From the NCBI RefSeq assembly GCF_009914755.1, contig NC_060933.1: a DNA stretch of 64,000 bases, one strand, 5' to 3'. The notes beneath the pieces were generated by a model. It was given only the letters and a program-made list of their open reading frames with translations, was not told where the DNA came from and made no database searches. Position 1 is the stretch's first letter. Each line of letters starts with the position of its first letter. The stretch comes from the human T2T-CHM13v2.0 reference genome, Homo sapiens. The translations under genes were made by a program, and so were the position numbers. Below are positions 14,019 to 28,440 of the stretch, one piece after another.

Positions 14019-15059
14019 TAGTCTCACAGTGACTCTTTGATGATAGACAAGCAAGGTGCAGAGGACCTAGCTCAGAAAAATTCAGTGAGGTGCCCAAAGA
14101 GATCCAACAAAGAAGTGGCATGATGGGCTCATGAACCCATTTGGGTGGTCTCTTGGTCCCCTGTACTCTTCAGCATAAACTATTGAATAATTGATGCTTA
14201 TCTGATATGGAAGGACTCTGAATTTTAACATTAAAACATACCCTGAAGGTCGTTGTCTAAATGAAAATGACCCTCATTTTACACATGAACAAATCAAAGG
14301 CCTGAGAGGCTGAGTTACTGCTGAAGGCCACAGGGTTGATCAGGGTCAGATTAATGATTTTTAGCCCAAATCCTGGCCTCTCTTTTTCCTACAGTGTTGA
14401 CTTTCTCTCAAAATCATAGAATTGTTTCACTTTTTCTTATATTCACAGCAATCTATAGTTTGGGGGTCCTTAGTGGAGGGGGTGGGATATATGTATGGAG
14501 TAAATTTCTTTTAAAATTGAACACACAAAAAAATAGGGAGAATAAGAAATAGATAACATGTACCCATTATCTTGTTTTTCTATTTTGCTTATCTTTTTTT
14601 CTGAAGAATTTTAAAGCAAATTATAGCACGAGAACATTTCACACCCAAATATTTTTGTATGCATCTCTAAAAAAGAAAGACACATTGCTGCATGACTGTG
14701 CTAACATACCTAACAATAATAACATTAATTCTCCAATATCACCTGAAAACTAATCTATAGTCAAATTTTTCAATAATCCCCAAAATATTATTATTTATAG
14801 CTGTTTTATTCAAATCAGGATACATCTAAGGATGCCATGCATTTGCTTGGCAAGTCTCTTAAATCTCTTTTAATCTAGAACACTGAGTTTGCATGAATGT
14901 GGGTAGGAGCCAAATTTTAACCAGCAACAGTTACCATTATAAATTATTCCTCATCCCAGGCAAAGCAGTGCAGTCTGAAGGGAAAACTTATTATCTATCC
15001 CTCCTTGCAGACGTTTTACACGTTATCCAAACAAGAAAGTGTATTCATGTTGAATATTT

Positions 15060-17233
15060 AAAAAACAATATTGTAACCACAAAGCAGAAAACTAAACCAC
15101 CAAACTACAAAGGTAGACAACAATAGAGGAAGAAGAGAACAAATTATCTACAAAGTAACCAGAAAACAATTAGCAAAATGGCAGGAGTAAGTCTTTTACT
15201 ATCAATAATAACCTTGCTGGTACATGGGTTAAACTCTCCAATCAAAAGATACAGAATGGCTGAGTGGATCAACAACAAGATCCAACTAGATGCTGCCTAC
15301 AAGAGACCCATTTTTAAACTTTAAGAATAGGCATATATTGAAAGTAAAGGGATAGAAGGAGATATGCCATGAAAACAGTTACCAAAAGAGAGCAGGGATG
15401 CCTATACTTATATCAGATAAAACAGACTTCCAGTAAAAAGCTGTTCCAAGAGACAAAGAAGGTCATGATTTAATGATAAAGAGGTCATCTTATCAAGAGG
15501 ACATAACAATTGTAAACATATATGCATCCAACATTGAAGCACTTAAATATGTAAAGCAAATATTAGTGGACATGAAGGAAGAAATATACAGCAATATAAC
15601 ACTAATAGGGGACTTCAGTACTCCACTTGCAACAATGGAGAGATCAACCAGACAAAAAATTAACAAGACAACACTAAATTTGAACTATGCTTCAGACCAA
15701 ATGGACCTACCAGACCTACATTCATCCAACAACAGCAGAATATACATTCTTCTCTAGCATACATAGAACATTCTCCAGGATAGACCATATGTTAGGCCAC
15801 AAAATAAACCTTAACAAATTCAAAAAGATTGAAATCATGTCTAGTATTGTTTCCAACCACAATGGTGTGAAGCTAAAAATCAATAACAAGAGGAATCTTG
15901 GAAAATTTACAAATATGTGGAAATTAAACAACATGCTTATGATGAACTAATGGGTCAAAGAAGAAATCAACAGGGAAATTAAAAAATACTTTGAGATTAA
16001 TGACAATGGAAACACAATGTATCAAAACCTACAGTATGCGGCAAAGTCAGTTCTAAGAGAGAAGTTTATAGCAATAAATGCCTACATTAAAAAAGGAAAA
16101 AGATCTAAATAAGTAGACTAACATTATGCCCCAAGGAGCTAAAGAAAGAACAAACTAAACCCAAAGTGAGCAAAAGGAAGGAAATAATGAAGATCAGAAC
16201 AGAAGCAAATAAAATGTAGTATAGAAAAACTATAGAAAATATAAATAAAATCAAAAGTTGGTTCTTTGAAAAAATAAAATCTACAAACTCTTAGCTAGAT
16301 TCACTAAAAAAAGCAGACTCAAATAAATAAAATCAGAAATGAAAGTGGAGACATTGCAATAGATACCTCAGAAATAAAAATGGTCATAAGGGATTATTAT
16401 GAACAATTTTATGCCAACAAATTGGAGGACCTAGAAGAAATGGATAAATTTCTAGAAAAACTAACCCAACAAGATTGAATTGGGAAGAAACAAAAAGTTT
16501 GAACACTCCAACAACAAATAAAGAAATTGAAGAAGTGATTAAAAACTTTCCAAAATAGAAAAGCCTAGGACCAAACGGCTTCATGGCTGAATTTTATCAA
16601 ACATTCAAAGAATAATTATTACCAACACTTCTTAGACTCTTCCAAAAATTAGAGCTACAGGGAATACTTCCAAACACATTTTGTTAGGCCAGCATCACCT
16701 TGATACCTAAAGCCAGACAAACATATTGTAAGAAAATAAAACCACAGGCCAATATCTCTGATAAATATTGACGAAAACCAAATTCAACAACACATTAAAG
16801 AAATTATGAATCATGGCCAAGTGGGATTTATCCCTGACATGCAAGACTGGCTAAACAGAATGAAAGATAAAAACCACATGATCATCTCAACTGGTGCAGG
16901 AAAGGCATTTTACAAAGTTCAGCTTCTTTCTTAACAAAAACTCTTAACACTTTAGGTATAGAAGGAAAGTTTCTCAACATAATAAAGGTCGTTTATAAGA
17001 AACCCACAGCTAACATCATAATCAATTGGGGACAACTGAAAACTTTTCCACAATTTAGTACATGGCAGGGATGCCCACTCTTGCTATTTCTATTCAACAT
17101 AGTTTTGGAAGTACTAGCAAGAGCAATCAGACAAGAAAAATAAATAAAAGTCATCCAAATTGGAAAGGAGAAAGTAAAATAATCTCTATTTACAGATGAT
17201 ATGATCCTATATATAGAGAATTCTAAAGATTCT

Positions 17234-17272
<39 letters not shown>

Positions 17273-18135
17273 AATTTTTAGAACTAATAAATGAATTCAG
17301 TAAATTGCAGGATACAAAATCAACATACAAACATCAGTAGCATTTCTATACATAAATAATGACCCAGCTGAAAATAATCAAGAAAACAATGCCATTTATG
17401 ATAGCATCAAAAAAATACTTAGGAATAAATTTAACCAAGGGGTGAAAGTATACTGAAAACTATAAAACATTGATTGAATAAGACACAAATAAATAGATAT
17501 CCTGTGCTCACTGATCATGGATCAAAAACATTAATATTATTAAAACATTCATACTACCAAAAACAATATACAGATTTAACACAACCCCTATCAAAATTTC
17601 AATAACATTCTTCATGGAAATAGAAAAGCAATACTAAAATTTGTATGGAGCCCCCAAAAACCAAAGCAATGTTGAGGAAAAAAAAGTTGGAGGTACCACA
17701 CTTGCTGATTTAAAATTATATTACAAAGCTAAAGTAAAACCAAAACAGTATGATACTGGCATAAAAACAGAAACATAGACCAAGGGAACAGAATAGAGAG
17801 CCCAGAAATAAATCAAGGCATATATAGTCAAGTAATTTTGGACCAGGGCACCAAGAGGACATAATGGAGAAAGAAAAAAACCTCTTCAATAAATGGTGCC
17901 TGGGAAAACAAAAATGTAAAAGAATGAAATTGGACCCTTATCTTACACTATACACAGAAATAAAATGAATAAAGAACTAAATATAAGATCTGAAACCATA
18001 AAAATCCTAGAAGAGAACATAGGGAAAAAGTTATTTGACATTGGCCTTGGCAATGATTTCTTGGATATCACATCAAAAGCTCAGGCTACAAAAGCAAAAA
18101 CAAATAAATGGGACTACCTCAAACTAAAAAGCTTT
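15060..18135 (+). mobile_element. Degenerate L1M (L1MA/MB-age) ORF2 segment from endonuclease through RT, 3' truncated
   Basis: Frameshifted ORF2 remnants (QEDITIVNIYASN; TFSRIDHMLGHK; KKLFDIGLGNDFLD). (CA)n at 17234-17271. Confidence 0.92.
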
Positions 18136-18827
18136 TTAGCTTTTCCATTTTTCATTTATTTATTTTATGCACTTTAAAATCTCTGGGTATTCTTTTTTAG
18201 CATCTTAAAATTTATTTTTATATGAGTGCCTGTAGATTTGCCGTATCCTTTAAAAAACAATTATTTTAATATATATTATAATTGTACATATTTTTGGTGT
18301 GCATATGGTGAAAGTCATTGGAGTGGAAGATATCAGGGAGCTTGGAAATTGAAAAGGAATTCAGAAGTTGTTGATGAACTCTGAAGTTATCAGCATGGAT
18401 GGTTGAATGGCATCATAGACAACTATCTAGAGAGACAGTACTTTCTTTACTTTTGGAAATCAGTGTGCTTTGGCATTAAAACTCAGGGACTTGAAAATGA
18501 TGGACACAGCCAAAGAATATAGTATGGTGCCTGGGGTGTAGGGAGTGGAGGGAGATATTCATGCATTCTATAATCTGGCAAGCATAAAATAATGCAAAAA
18601 CGAAACAAGACTACCTATTCTTTAAGTTTTGTGAAGGGTAAAAAATGGTAAGGAGTGAAGAAAAGGGCTATGTTTATTTCTTTGAGGACTTCACTTTTCC
18701 CACACAACAAGAAAATTGTTGGTAAAATCTTCTGGGCTGTCTTCTCTCCCACTTACTAGAATAGGACTATTGTTATTCTTTTTTATGAGCATGTATTGGA
18801 ATACGGTGATGGTGCTACACTCTAAGG

Positions 18828-19130
18828 CAGCGTTGTCCAACAGAAAAATATTGTGAGTCACATACATACTTTACATTTTTAGTAGCCACATTAAAAAAGT
18901 GAAAAGAAACAAGTGAAATTCACATTGTGTTTTATTTAAACTACTATATCTAAAATATTATTATACCATGTCATCAATATAAAAATTATTAATGCAATCG
19001 ATTGCATTTTCTACTAACTCTTCAAAATTTGGTGTGCATTTACAATTGCAGCACACCTCAACTTGACTAGCCACATTTTAAGTGCTCAACAGCTAAATGT
19101 GACAAGTAACTATTGTATTGGACAATGCAG
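18828..19130. mobile_element. MER33-type hAT-Charlie MITE
   Basis: Termini cagcgttgtccaa...ttggacaatgcag. 8-bp TSD ctctaagg (18820-18827) / ttctaagg (19131-19138). Confidence 0.85.
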
Positions 19131-19995
19131 TTCTAAGGATTGAGATATTTTAAAAATCAAGAAACAATTTTTGTTCAGTAGAAAGTTACAGTATAGTTGA
19201 CAAGTAAGATTCATACAGAAAGCTATCTATACATCTAGCGATCATTTATACTTTAGATCTTTCAATCTACTTATTTGTTTCTCAACCTTGTTGCAAAAAA
19301 AAAAAAAAATCTGAAATGGCTTGCATTAAGATATACAAGGTAAAAAAAAAAAAAAAAAAGCAAAACCCCAAAAGGTGAACAAGTATTGATTTCATGTTCA
19401 ATTTATTTAAAGTCTAATACTACTTGTCAATTTGGTCTTCCGAGGAAATGCATCACATATTTTTAGTTGAGCTTCATTTTGGAAGTGACTAGAGATTGTG
19501 AGTTGGGGAAAATAATTAACTTACCCTGCTAAGCTCACACATCAATTAGGTAGCAGAGCTGGGAATAGAAAGCATAGTCTCCTCTTCTAGATGCACTGGG
19601 GAAGCTGCATGTAAATCTGGAATCCCTCACTTCTGTCAAATGCATATCCTGTTTGTGTCTCATAACCTGAATAAAGCTGATTATGTAACCAGGTTTCCCT
19701 GGCAGGTGTGAAACTATTTTTAGGAAAGATGTGTCATTGCTTAGAAGTGGATTAAAACAAACAAACAAACATATGGGTTGTTAGTCTGCATAGAACAGGT
19801 GAGGCTGATCAAATTTCCCCCATAGTGGATGAGTACAGTATAAGAAATATCAAGGCTAATTGAACTGTGAACCATTGATCATTGTTTAGAGAACAAATGA
19901 ATCTTTTTCTGCCTGGTGGAGGAGGATGGTAACATTTCACTGCTTGAAACTCACGAGACTTTCAAAAACATGTATTTTTGGTGTTCACATTTTAG

Positions 19996-20142
19996 GCCCT
20001 GCACCCGATGTTGTCTCAGACAAAATCTACCAAATCAGCAAAACGATTGAGGAATATGCTATATGTCCTGATCTCCGAATCGACCTATCTCGACTAGGAA
20101 GACAAGAATTTGACCTAGAAAACAAATTCAAACCATTCAGAG
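19996..20142 (+). CDS. PGM5: PGM5 coding exon 3 (147 nt, phase 1-1)
   Basis: Acceptor ttttag| and donor |gtaaca. Translates (G)[48 protein letters not shown], in frame with exon 2. Confidence 0.93.
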
Positions 20143-23060
20143 GTAACAGAGATTTTATTTTGAAGAAGTCAGAGTAACTATGTGGATGGGGCTGACTGGT
20201 TTCTGTAGGGAAGTAAACTCATGAAAATTATTGCATTGTTAATCTCAGGGGTGACTCGATAAATGTGTGTAAACTTAATATGGTGTAGAGAGAAGACATG
20301 AGAGCAGCCAAGATATTCAGAACTGGAAACTTTCAAAAACCACTTCCCAAACTCGATATCATTTTCAACATAGGAAAAGTTTTATGGTTGACTTCATTAT
20401 AGCATTCCAAAAATAGGCTGTGAATTGCCAAAACTTGTCTAAGCAATTAAGGTGAAGATGCTGGAATGCCTTAGTTAAGAAGAAACCTAACAAGTCAATG
20501 GGTTATTAAATTTCTCATGAAAGGTAGGAGTTTCTTTTCCAAGCCATAACCAAGCTTGGAATAATTATGCATCAGCTTATTGAATGCATAATTATTGATC
20601 ACCTGCCCTATACCAAGCACCGTGTTAGGAGATTTTACAAAGGAATTCAGTAACTATCAAATATATTTAGGCAAGTGATTCAAAAATTAAAGAACCAAAA
20701 TGAGATTGTCAAAAATATTATCTTATATTGTAAAGCAAATATAACTTCTACAGTATTCAGAAGATAGCTTTTTGTTTTATAGATTAATTTTAGACCATAT
20801 GACAACAACATTAATAACATGTATGTATACATTTTCCCCCTGTATTTTATCATATTGCTTTTTCCTAGAAGGCATAGAATAGCAATAGATCTAACATGTT
20901 TTACTTTTTTAGTGCTTCTATAAGCTTGAATGCAGTTTGTGTTAAGATGGTATCCTCATTTTAGAAGTAATTTAACTTAGCCGAAAAGAGGAAATACCTG
21001 GTTTGTGTCCATGTGATGTTTTAGGGATAGAGAAAAGATTAAAATGGATTGTGTGGGGGGTCACAGTATTTGCCCAATGTTACCAAATCTTTCTTGAGAA
21101 GTTTTGAGTCAGTTGTTTGCTTAGGTAATGAGCAGAAATTTACAGAGAGCCATGATACTCACTGGAAGCAACAGTGCCTGCTTTTGCTAATCTAGCTGGG
21201 AGAATGCATAGGCATATGTGTGCACACGCATGGGATGGCTGGACAATTAAAGGCAAGGGGTACATTATATTAAGCAAAATGATTTCAATATGCTGATTAC
21301 ATATGGTTGGAAGGACTAGGCTTATTTTTGGCATCTTCACAATTTTTATAGTTGTCCGAGAGACCCGAATCTTCGTGGGCTCTCATTCAGGCTCATTGCT
21401 GCAGCCACATTGCTAGTTGAATGAGTTTTCTAAAAATGTTACTGATACCAGGAGATAGGTAGAGAGATTCCCTGGCTTCCAAGAATTTGGAGATAATCGT
21501 TTGGGATAATTTATGTGCTGTATTCTTGCTGGTTCAAGTGTTGAGCAAAGCTTGAGTTAATTAGGAACAAATAATTCCTTTGCATTTCACTTTAAAGTGT
21601 CAAGAGCATGAACTATATGATGTGAACTTTCAATTTTTACTGACTTCTTGTTCCCTCGTTTTTCACATTTGTTTGGTACTGTGTGTTACCTATTGTAAAT
21701 ACCAAATGTATTTAGGCAAGTGGTTCAAGAATTGAAGAGCCAGAATGAAATTGTCAAAAACATTATCCTATAATGTAGAGTGAGTAAAACTTCCAAAGTA
21801 CTCAGGGCATAACCTTTTGTCTTACAGATTAATTTTTTTATGGTGGTAAAATATACATAACAAAATTTACCATTTTAACCATTGTTAGGTGTACACTTTA
21901 TACAGGTTAATTTTTAATTACTTCATAGATTATTATGCTCCTCATGTAAAAAGATAATTTAAAAGTATCCATGTTACAAATATAATTATATTTGAATGAA
22001 CACATAAATTACATTGACTTAAGTGTAAGAAAAAATATTTTTAGATATGTATTTGATCAGATGAAGGAATAATATTATATGGCATATTAAGATCTCATCC
22101 ATTAAATATCACACCTGGATTTACTAAAAATTATTGAAAGTGGGTTGGTAATATCTTCAGTGCAAGTTTAAAAGTATTTCAGGGTTTCAAAGTAGTATGT
22201 ATTTGAAAAATCTGAAAACAATATACGTAAGTTTCAAAATTTAGCTATGAATTTAAAAAAGCAGGGCTCCTGGACAAATTTTAGCACCTAAAGAATTGAT
22301 TTACTACTTCTTGGAAAAGTACTTTCTGAGCATTAATTATACACTGATTGACAAGTATGAAAAATGTATTCTGAGCTTTTTGGTATGTCACATAAATGAA
22401 TAAAACTTTTTGGATTATTGGTTACTGGGTGGTGCTAGATACTGGAAAGCATTTGTGTTTAATGAGAACTTCTAGATATTTGCCATTCATTTGGAAATTG
22501 GGTGCTAGATTGGGCATGAATGAGATTTCACGCAAACCCAGGAATATATTCATCACCAATTCTGCACTCGAATCTGGTAGGCACAATGGCATTTGGAAAA
22601 TAGGGGTCACTACTGAGGTCACTTGCTGATTTGTTTCATACCAGCTGAGTCAGTCTTTGGCCAGCCCCCACAAGAAAGGCAACTGGATATGCCAAAATGC
22701 CTCTAAACATTGAGATGTGTGCTGTGTGCATTTTTTTGGGAGGGGAAGTGGGAGCAGGAGTAACAGGGCACATTTTTATCTTAATTTATTCTTGTGGTTG
22801 ATATTTTCCTTGCAAAGAAGAATTTATAACTTGGTATCATTTATACCCATTGAGCACCTGAAAAGCTTGTAGTATCTTGATTGTGCCCTGATTTGTGATT
22901 TTTGTCAACAAATGGGCACTTCGCTTCCCACATCATGTGCAGGGATATGATGGGCTTGTGACCAGAATTTCATGCTCTTAAGGTAGTGATTCTTTTTATG
23001 CTTCCAAGTATCTTTCATGGGTACAGTCAATGACATTTTCCTTTGTTTTTCTATCTTTAG

Positions 23061-23186
23061 TGGAGATAGTGGACCCAGTGGATATCTATCTTAACCTCCT
23101 TCGGACCATCTTTGACTTTCATGCCATCAAGGGTTTGCTGACTGGACCCAGCCAACTGAAGATTCGCATTGACGCAATGCACGGAG
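23061..23186 (+). CDS. PGM5: PGM5 coding exon 4 (126 nt, phase 1-1)
   Basis: Polypyrimidine tract with ctttag| and donor |gtaagc. Translates (V)[41 protein letters not shown]. Confidence 0.93.
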
Positions 23187-24139
23187 GTAAGCTTGTGATT
23201 TTCTCCAAATCAGTGGGCAGGAAATATTGAGACCTGTACACCTGTTGGGTTTCAGAGGTTAAGAGGAAAGTTGGATTCATAGATATTCACACAACATGTG
23301 TATGTTCAGATATTTGGAATGCTCTGGAAAACTTCAGGACCCTTATTTCTGTCTTTGGATGTAAATGAAAACAAAAGTTGAACAAATGAGTTTGAGGCTA
23401 TGCATGTTCAAGTGTGGAGTATAGTAAAACTGTTATTTATTTGATCATATGCATGGCATAGTTTAAACAGTCAAATAAATAGTTCAAGATTTATTGTGAA
23501 AACAATCTGTACCCAACTCCTATCTTCCCCCAATTTGTTACCTTCCAGAGTTAAATTTTTCCATTTTTTCAGCTGTTTCTTTTTTGTATTTATCTCCCTA
23601 TCATTAAATATTATGAATATACAGACCCTTGTTGATTTTTCAGTTTTGAGCATTACTGAATTCATACTACAGGAACTGGAGCTGCAGCTCTTTTTCACCC
23701 TCTCCACCCACCACCCACCTCTCCACCCACCCTTTCCACCCACCAGTTAGGGAATCCTAGCATGCTTCCCTAATTATATCACCAGTTTGGTAAGATCATT
23801 ATCTAGTGTTTACATTACCACAACACTGCTGAGCCATGCAATATGCTATAATTATATTTCCTTTACAGTACAACTTTTTGATTTCCTTGGAAACAGCAAT
23901 TATCTTGTTTTCTCATTGCTTGCTTTTAATCAAGTATGTTTACCACTCTTAATCCTCAAGCTCTCCGCTAGTGTCTAAATCTTCCTTCACTTCATTTTCC
24001 TGGAGACTTTGATCTGCCCCACTCTGCCCTGGTTGCTCTCTGAGCATGCTGTCATCATGAAATCTCCCTTTATCACCATGGTAGTAATTCTTTTTACACA
24101 TCTCTTATGTTAAATGTCCTGTTCCCTGGTTTCTTTGTC

Positions 24140-24825
24140 TGACACCTTGATTTACTCGTACATTTTGGAGGAACACATTCTCCAGGAACTCAGTGAGAGA
24201 AAGCTCATGGTAGGTAAATATTTTGTGTATTGTATATCTGAAAAGGCCTTTTATTCTACACTTGCCCTTGATTAATATTTGACTGATATGGAAATCTAAG
24301 TTGGATATTATTTTTCTTCAGAAGTTTGAGGGCATTGCTCTACTGTGTTATAGCTATTATATTAAACTTGAGAAATCCAGTGCTATTTTGATTTTTAATC
24401 CATTGTCTTTCCTTTTTCTTCTCTGGAAGCTTTTAGGACCTTTGACTTATCTTCAGTGTTCCTCTGTTTTTCAATAATGGATCTTAGTGTGGGACTCTAT
24501 CTTTATTATATTGGACACCTGATGGACCCTTTCAGTCTGAACACTTGTGTCCTTTAATTCTGGAAAAGTTTTTGAATTACTATTTAGTAACCATTCTGGT
24601 TATTTTTACTACTGAATTGATCCTTTAATTATTCTATTTCCCCTTCTCCTCCCCAGTTTTTCATCTCTTTATTTTGTTCTACTTTCTGGGAAATTTCCTT
24701 GACTTTATCTTCCAGTCCTTTAGTTCTACCATTATATTTTTAATTTCCCAAAACTTTTGTTTGTATTTTCCAAAGATTCTCTCTTGTAAAAACGCATCCT
24801 AGTTATGTTTCATGGATACCATATC
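24140..24825 (-). mobile_element. HAL1/L1M ORF1-like antisense fragment
   Basis: tatctgaaaaggccttttattct...cttcagaagtttgagggcattgctc...gagaaatccagtgc. Confidence 0.55.
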
Positions 24826-25535
24826 TTTTTAAACTTAGGTTTACTGAGGTATAATTTATACACAGTAAAACTCACTCCTGGTAGGTATACAGTTTGATAA
24901 GATTTGACCAACATATACAGTCATGTAACCACTATCACAATCAAGACTGAATATTTCCATCACCCCAAAGAGCTTTTGGCAGCCCTTTGTAGTCAAACCT
25001 CTCCCCTTATCCCCAGCCCCTGGCAACCACTCATCTGCTTTCTGCCCCCATAGTTTTGCATTTTCCAGAAAGTTATGTAAATGGAAGCATACAATATGTC
25101 ACCTTTTGCTTCAAGCTTCTTTCACTCAGCATAATAATTTCGATATACATTCCTGGTGTTGCATGTATCAGTAGTTGTTCCTTTTACTGCTGAGTACAAT
25201 TTTATTGTGTTGTCGATATACCACAATTTGTTTATCCATTAACTGGTTAATGAAAATTAGATTTCTTTTTCTTCTAGTTGTTGGCTATTATAAAGAAAGA
25301 TACTGTGAACATTCGTGAACAAGTCTGTATGTTTTCATTTGTCTTGGGTAAACAGCTAGGAATGGGATTGCTGAGTCATATGATACGTGTATGTTTACCT
25401 TTATAAGAAACGGCCAAATCATTTTCCAAAATGCCTGTTCCATTTGCACCACTGGCAATGCATGAGGGCTCCAGTTTACCTGTATCTTCACCAATACTTG
25501 GTACTGTCAGTCTTTTCCATTTTAGCCATTCTACT
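24826..25535 (-). mobile_element. L1ME/MD-type 3' end, antisense
   Basis: tttactgaggtataatttatacacagtaaaa...ccctggcaaccact...gggattgctgagtcatatg...tttagccattct. Confidence 0.82.
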
Positions 25536-27131
25536 CTATCTTGTTAATCTCTATTAGGATATTACTGATATATTTTAAAAAGTTTTCTTTTCCCTGTATA
25601 ATTTTTGTTTCCTCCAGGTTTCTCTTTACTTTTTGTTTATTTTCACCTCATCTCAAATACATTCCTCAAAATTTTGGTGATCCTTGGCTTTCTGGCATAT
25701 TTAAGAATGAGGCACTAAAAATCTGCTGGGAGCTCTGAGCCTGCTATGGGTCTTCTCCATGGGCCTTACTCTAAGGGCTTCTGGCTAGGCTGTTCTGTTC
25801 TTTCTTGTTGGGCTGATCATATTCCTCAGGAAAAGAACTTTCAGGTTCTTGCCTTAGCATTATCTGGCCTACAGGGAAGACAGCTTTGCTTTTTTTCCAA
25901 ATAGTATGAGCAATGTTTCTGGGTTTCAGCCTCATTGCCTGGTTTATATTGTATGTCCATCTTTGAATCAATTGCTCTGGCTAGAAGATGGAGGACGCTG
26001 ATTGCGCAGACATAGGTCACCTCCTTAGCCTTGGGGAGGTGGGATTTAGCCATACCCAGACCCCATGAACTGAGATGGGGAAGAGAGTTTTTCTCCAAAC
26101 AAATCCCAAATGCTGTATCCAGAGGAAGAGGAAATGTGTGCTGGGCAGGCACAATCAAGAGATGTTCACTATTGGAGGATTGTGTGTTGTATTGGTGGAA
26201 AATAAGTGGAAAGCAATATCTTTCAGATATTTCAGCTAGGAGGATTACATGCTGTTCCACAGATGTGCCTTATGTTCTACCTCAGGCTCTGTTCCCTTGC
26301 TCATAATGTTCCTTCGATTTAGATGGGCTTCCCACTCTAAACCCAAACACTTGCCAACTTTATATTATTCCGTCAAGTTCCACCAGAAATGCTGCTTCTT
26401 CCTTGAAGCCTTATGTGTGGTTATTGCTTCTCTGAAGCCATTGGATATAATTATTTCATCAATGTGCATTGTTTAGTCTTACCACTGCAGTCATTCATTT
26501 GCAGCTTTGACTCATCCCACTACTAGATTACAAGCCCAGGAATGTAGAAACTATGTGCTTTGCATCCCTTCAATATGATCCCTTCATTTCCTAGCAGAGC
26601 AGCTCCATATTGCATACTCCATAATGTTCATTGAACTGGAAAATACTATTCCTTGGCATGTATTTTGGTAAAATGTGCTTGTTTTTATATGCTTCAGTGG
26701 TTTATAGTGTTTAATTATATACTTGGCAGAGTCCAAATGATTGCAGAGACAAAGAACATTGCTAGAGCCCTTTAATGCTTTTGCATATATTCAGCTAAAA
26801 CTTTTAATACATGAAAAGCAACAGACAATGAATCATTATTATGTAGCTGATTTCTTTCTGGCAACCTTTTAGAAAAATTTCAGGTGAAAAAATTTATGGA
26901 ACTAGATGACTGAATACATCTTCTGTATTCCTACCACAGTAACTGGCACATAGTAGATGCTCAATAAATAGTAGTTCAAGCAAATATTGTTCTATATTGT
27001 ATCTTTAAAACGATTGTAAATTTATGTTTTTCTTCTGGGTTATTAAATGGTGTTTCCTGTACTATTCAGAACAAAATACTCTGGGGAGAAGGTTCTGCAA
27101 ATATTTAATATTGCTGTGTATCTATTTTTAG

Positions 27132-27322
27132 TTATGGGACCTTATGTGAGAAAAGTTCTGTGTGATGAGCTGGGGGCCCCAGCCAATTCTGCAATAAACT
27201 GTGTTCCCCTGGAAGACTTTGGAGGGCAGCACCCTGACCCAAACCTGACATATGCAACGACTCTTCTGGAAGCAATGAAAGGAGGAGAATATGGATTTGG
27301 AGCTGCATTTGATGCTGATGGG
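27132..27322 (+). CDS. PGM5: PGM5 coding exon 5 (191 nt, phase 1-0)
   Basis: Acceptor tttttag| and donor |gtaagt. Translates (V)[63 protein letters not shown]. Confidence 0.93.
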
Positions 27323-27853
27323 GTAAGTAGGAAAGCTGTCTGTCTGCTGACCCTTTGATCATATAATGAGCCATGCACTGGAAAGCAGAGAATTAATGAA
27401 CACATCTGGAGCTAACATGTATGGGACATGTGTGCCCTAACTGGCTCTGCATCTGCCCTTCTGTTTAATGACTAAGTATTGCAATTAAATAGCGATTACT
27501 TTTCTTAGTTCCAGATTTACGTTATGGCATACAAAGGTTGTTTATTTAAAAATATATATTATTCCATAAACCTTTATTTATGGCTGGTGTTGTTGAAAGC
27601 ACCAAGTTAAGAAATCAGCTATTTCTGCAAGAACCAGTGTTCTCTATTATGTTTGGGAGAAAGAAAGAGTTAGGTATTTGGGGACTTCTAAAGCTTGAGC
27701 CACATTTCAACAGGTGGAACATATTCCTGGTGTGTCAAGATTCTGGGCCCTTGGTACTCAGAGATTTCGAAGAATGTTTCCCATGTTCTCTTTGGCCTCA
27801 TTCAAGTTGTTAGATTGTTAAATATAAGATGGCAGTAAAGTGGATTGTGATGA

Positions 27854-28072
<219 letters not shown>

Positions 28073-28199
28073 TAAGCAAGGATGTCACCGTGAAAAACTT
28101 TATGGTAGACCTTTGGCGTTGATGTCTCCTTTGTTGGTTGCTGGCGCTTATTCTCCCCTGCTCCATTTGGGAATGCGTTGAAAGCATGGGAACACGGTA

Positions 28200-28440
28200 T
28201 AGTGTACTGGGTAGAAGCTGGAGAATCAGGTGGCCTGAGCTTAATTCTTGGTTCTGCCACTTACTAGCTGTGGGAATTTAGACTTATTTAGTCTCTGTGC
28301 CTCAGTTTTCTTATCTGTAAAATGTGGATAATAATAGTGGTATCTTTATATGGATTGTCATGAAGTACAAATGAGGTGCTTCATGTAGAACATTTAACAT
28401 GGTGCCTGGTACATAGTAAATACTACATAAATGTTTAGCA
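28200..28440 (+). mobile_element. MIR
   Basis: MIR core ctgccacttactagctgtg...tctgtgcctcagttttcttatctgtaaaatg...gtgcctggtacatagtaa. Confidence 0.8.

Noticed and set aside
15473-18177. Several ORFs with endonuclease/RT similarity
   Set aside because: Frameshifted remnants of an old L1 ORF2, not a gene.
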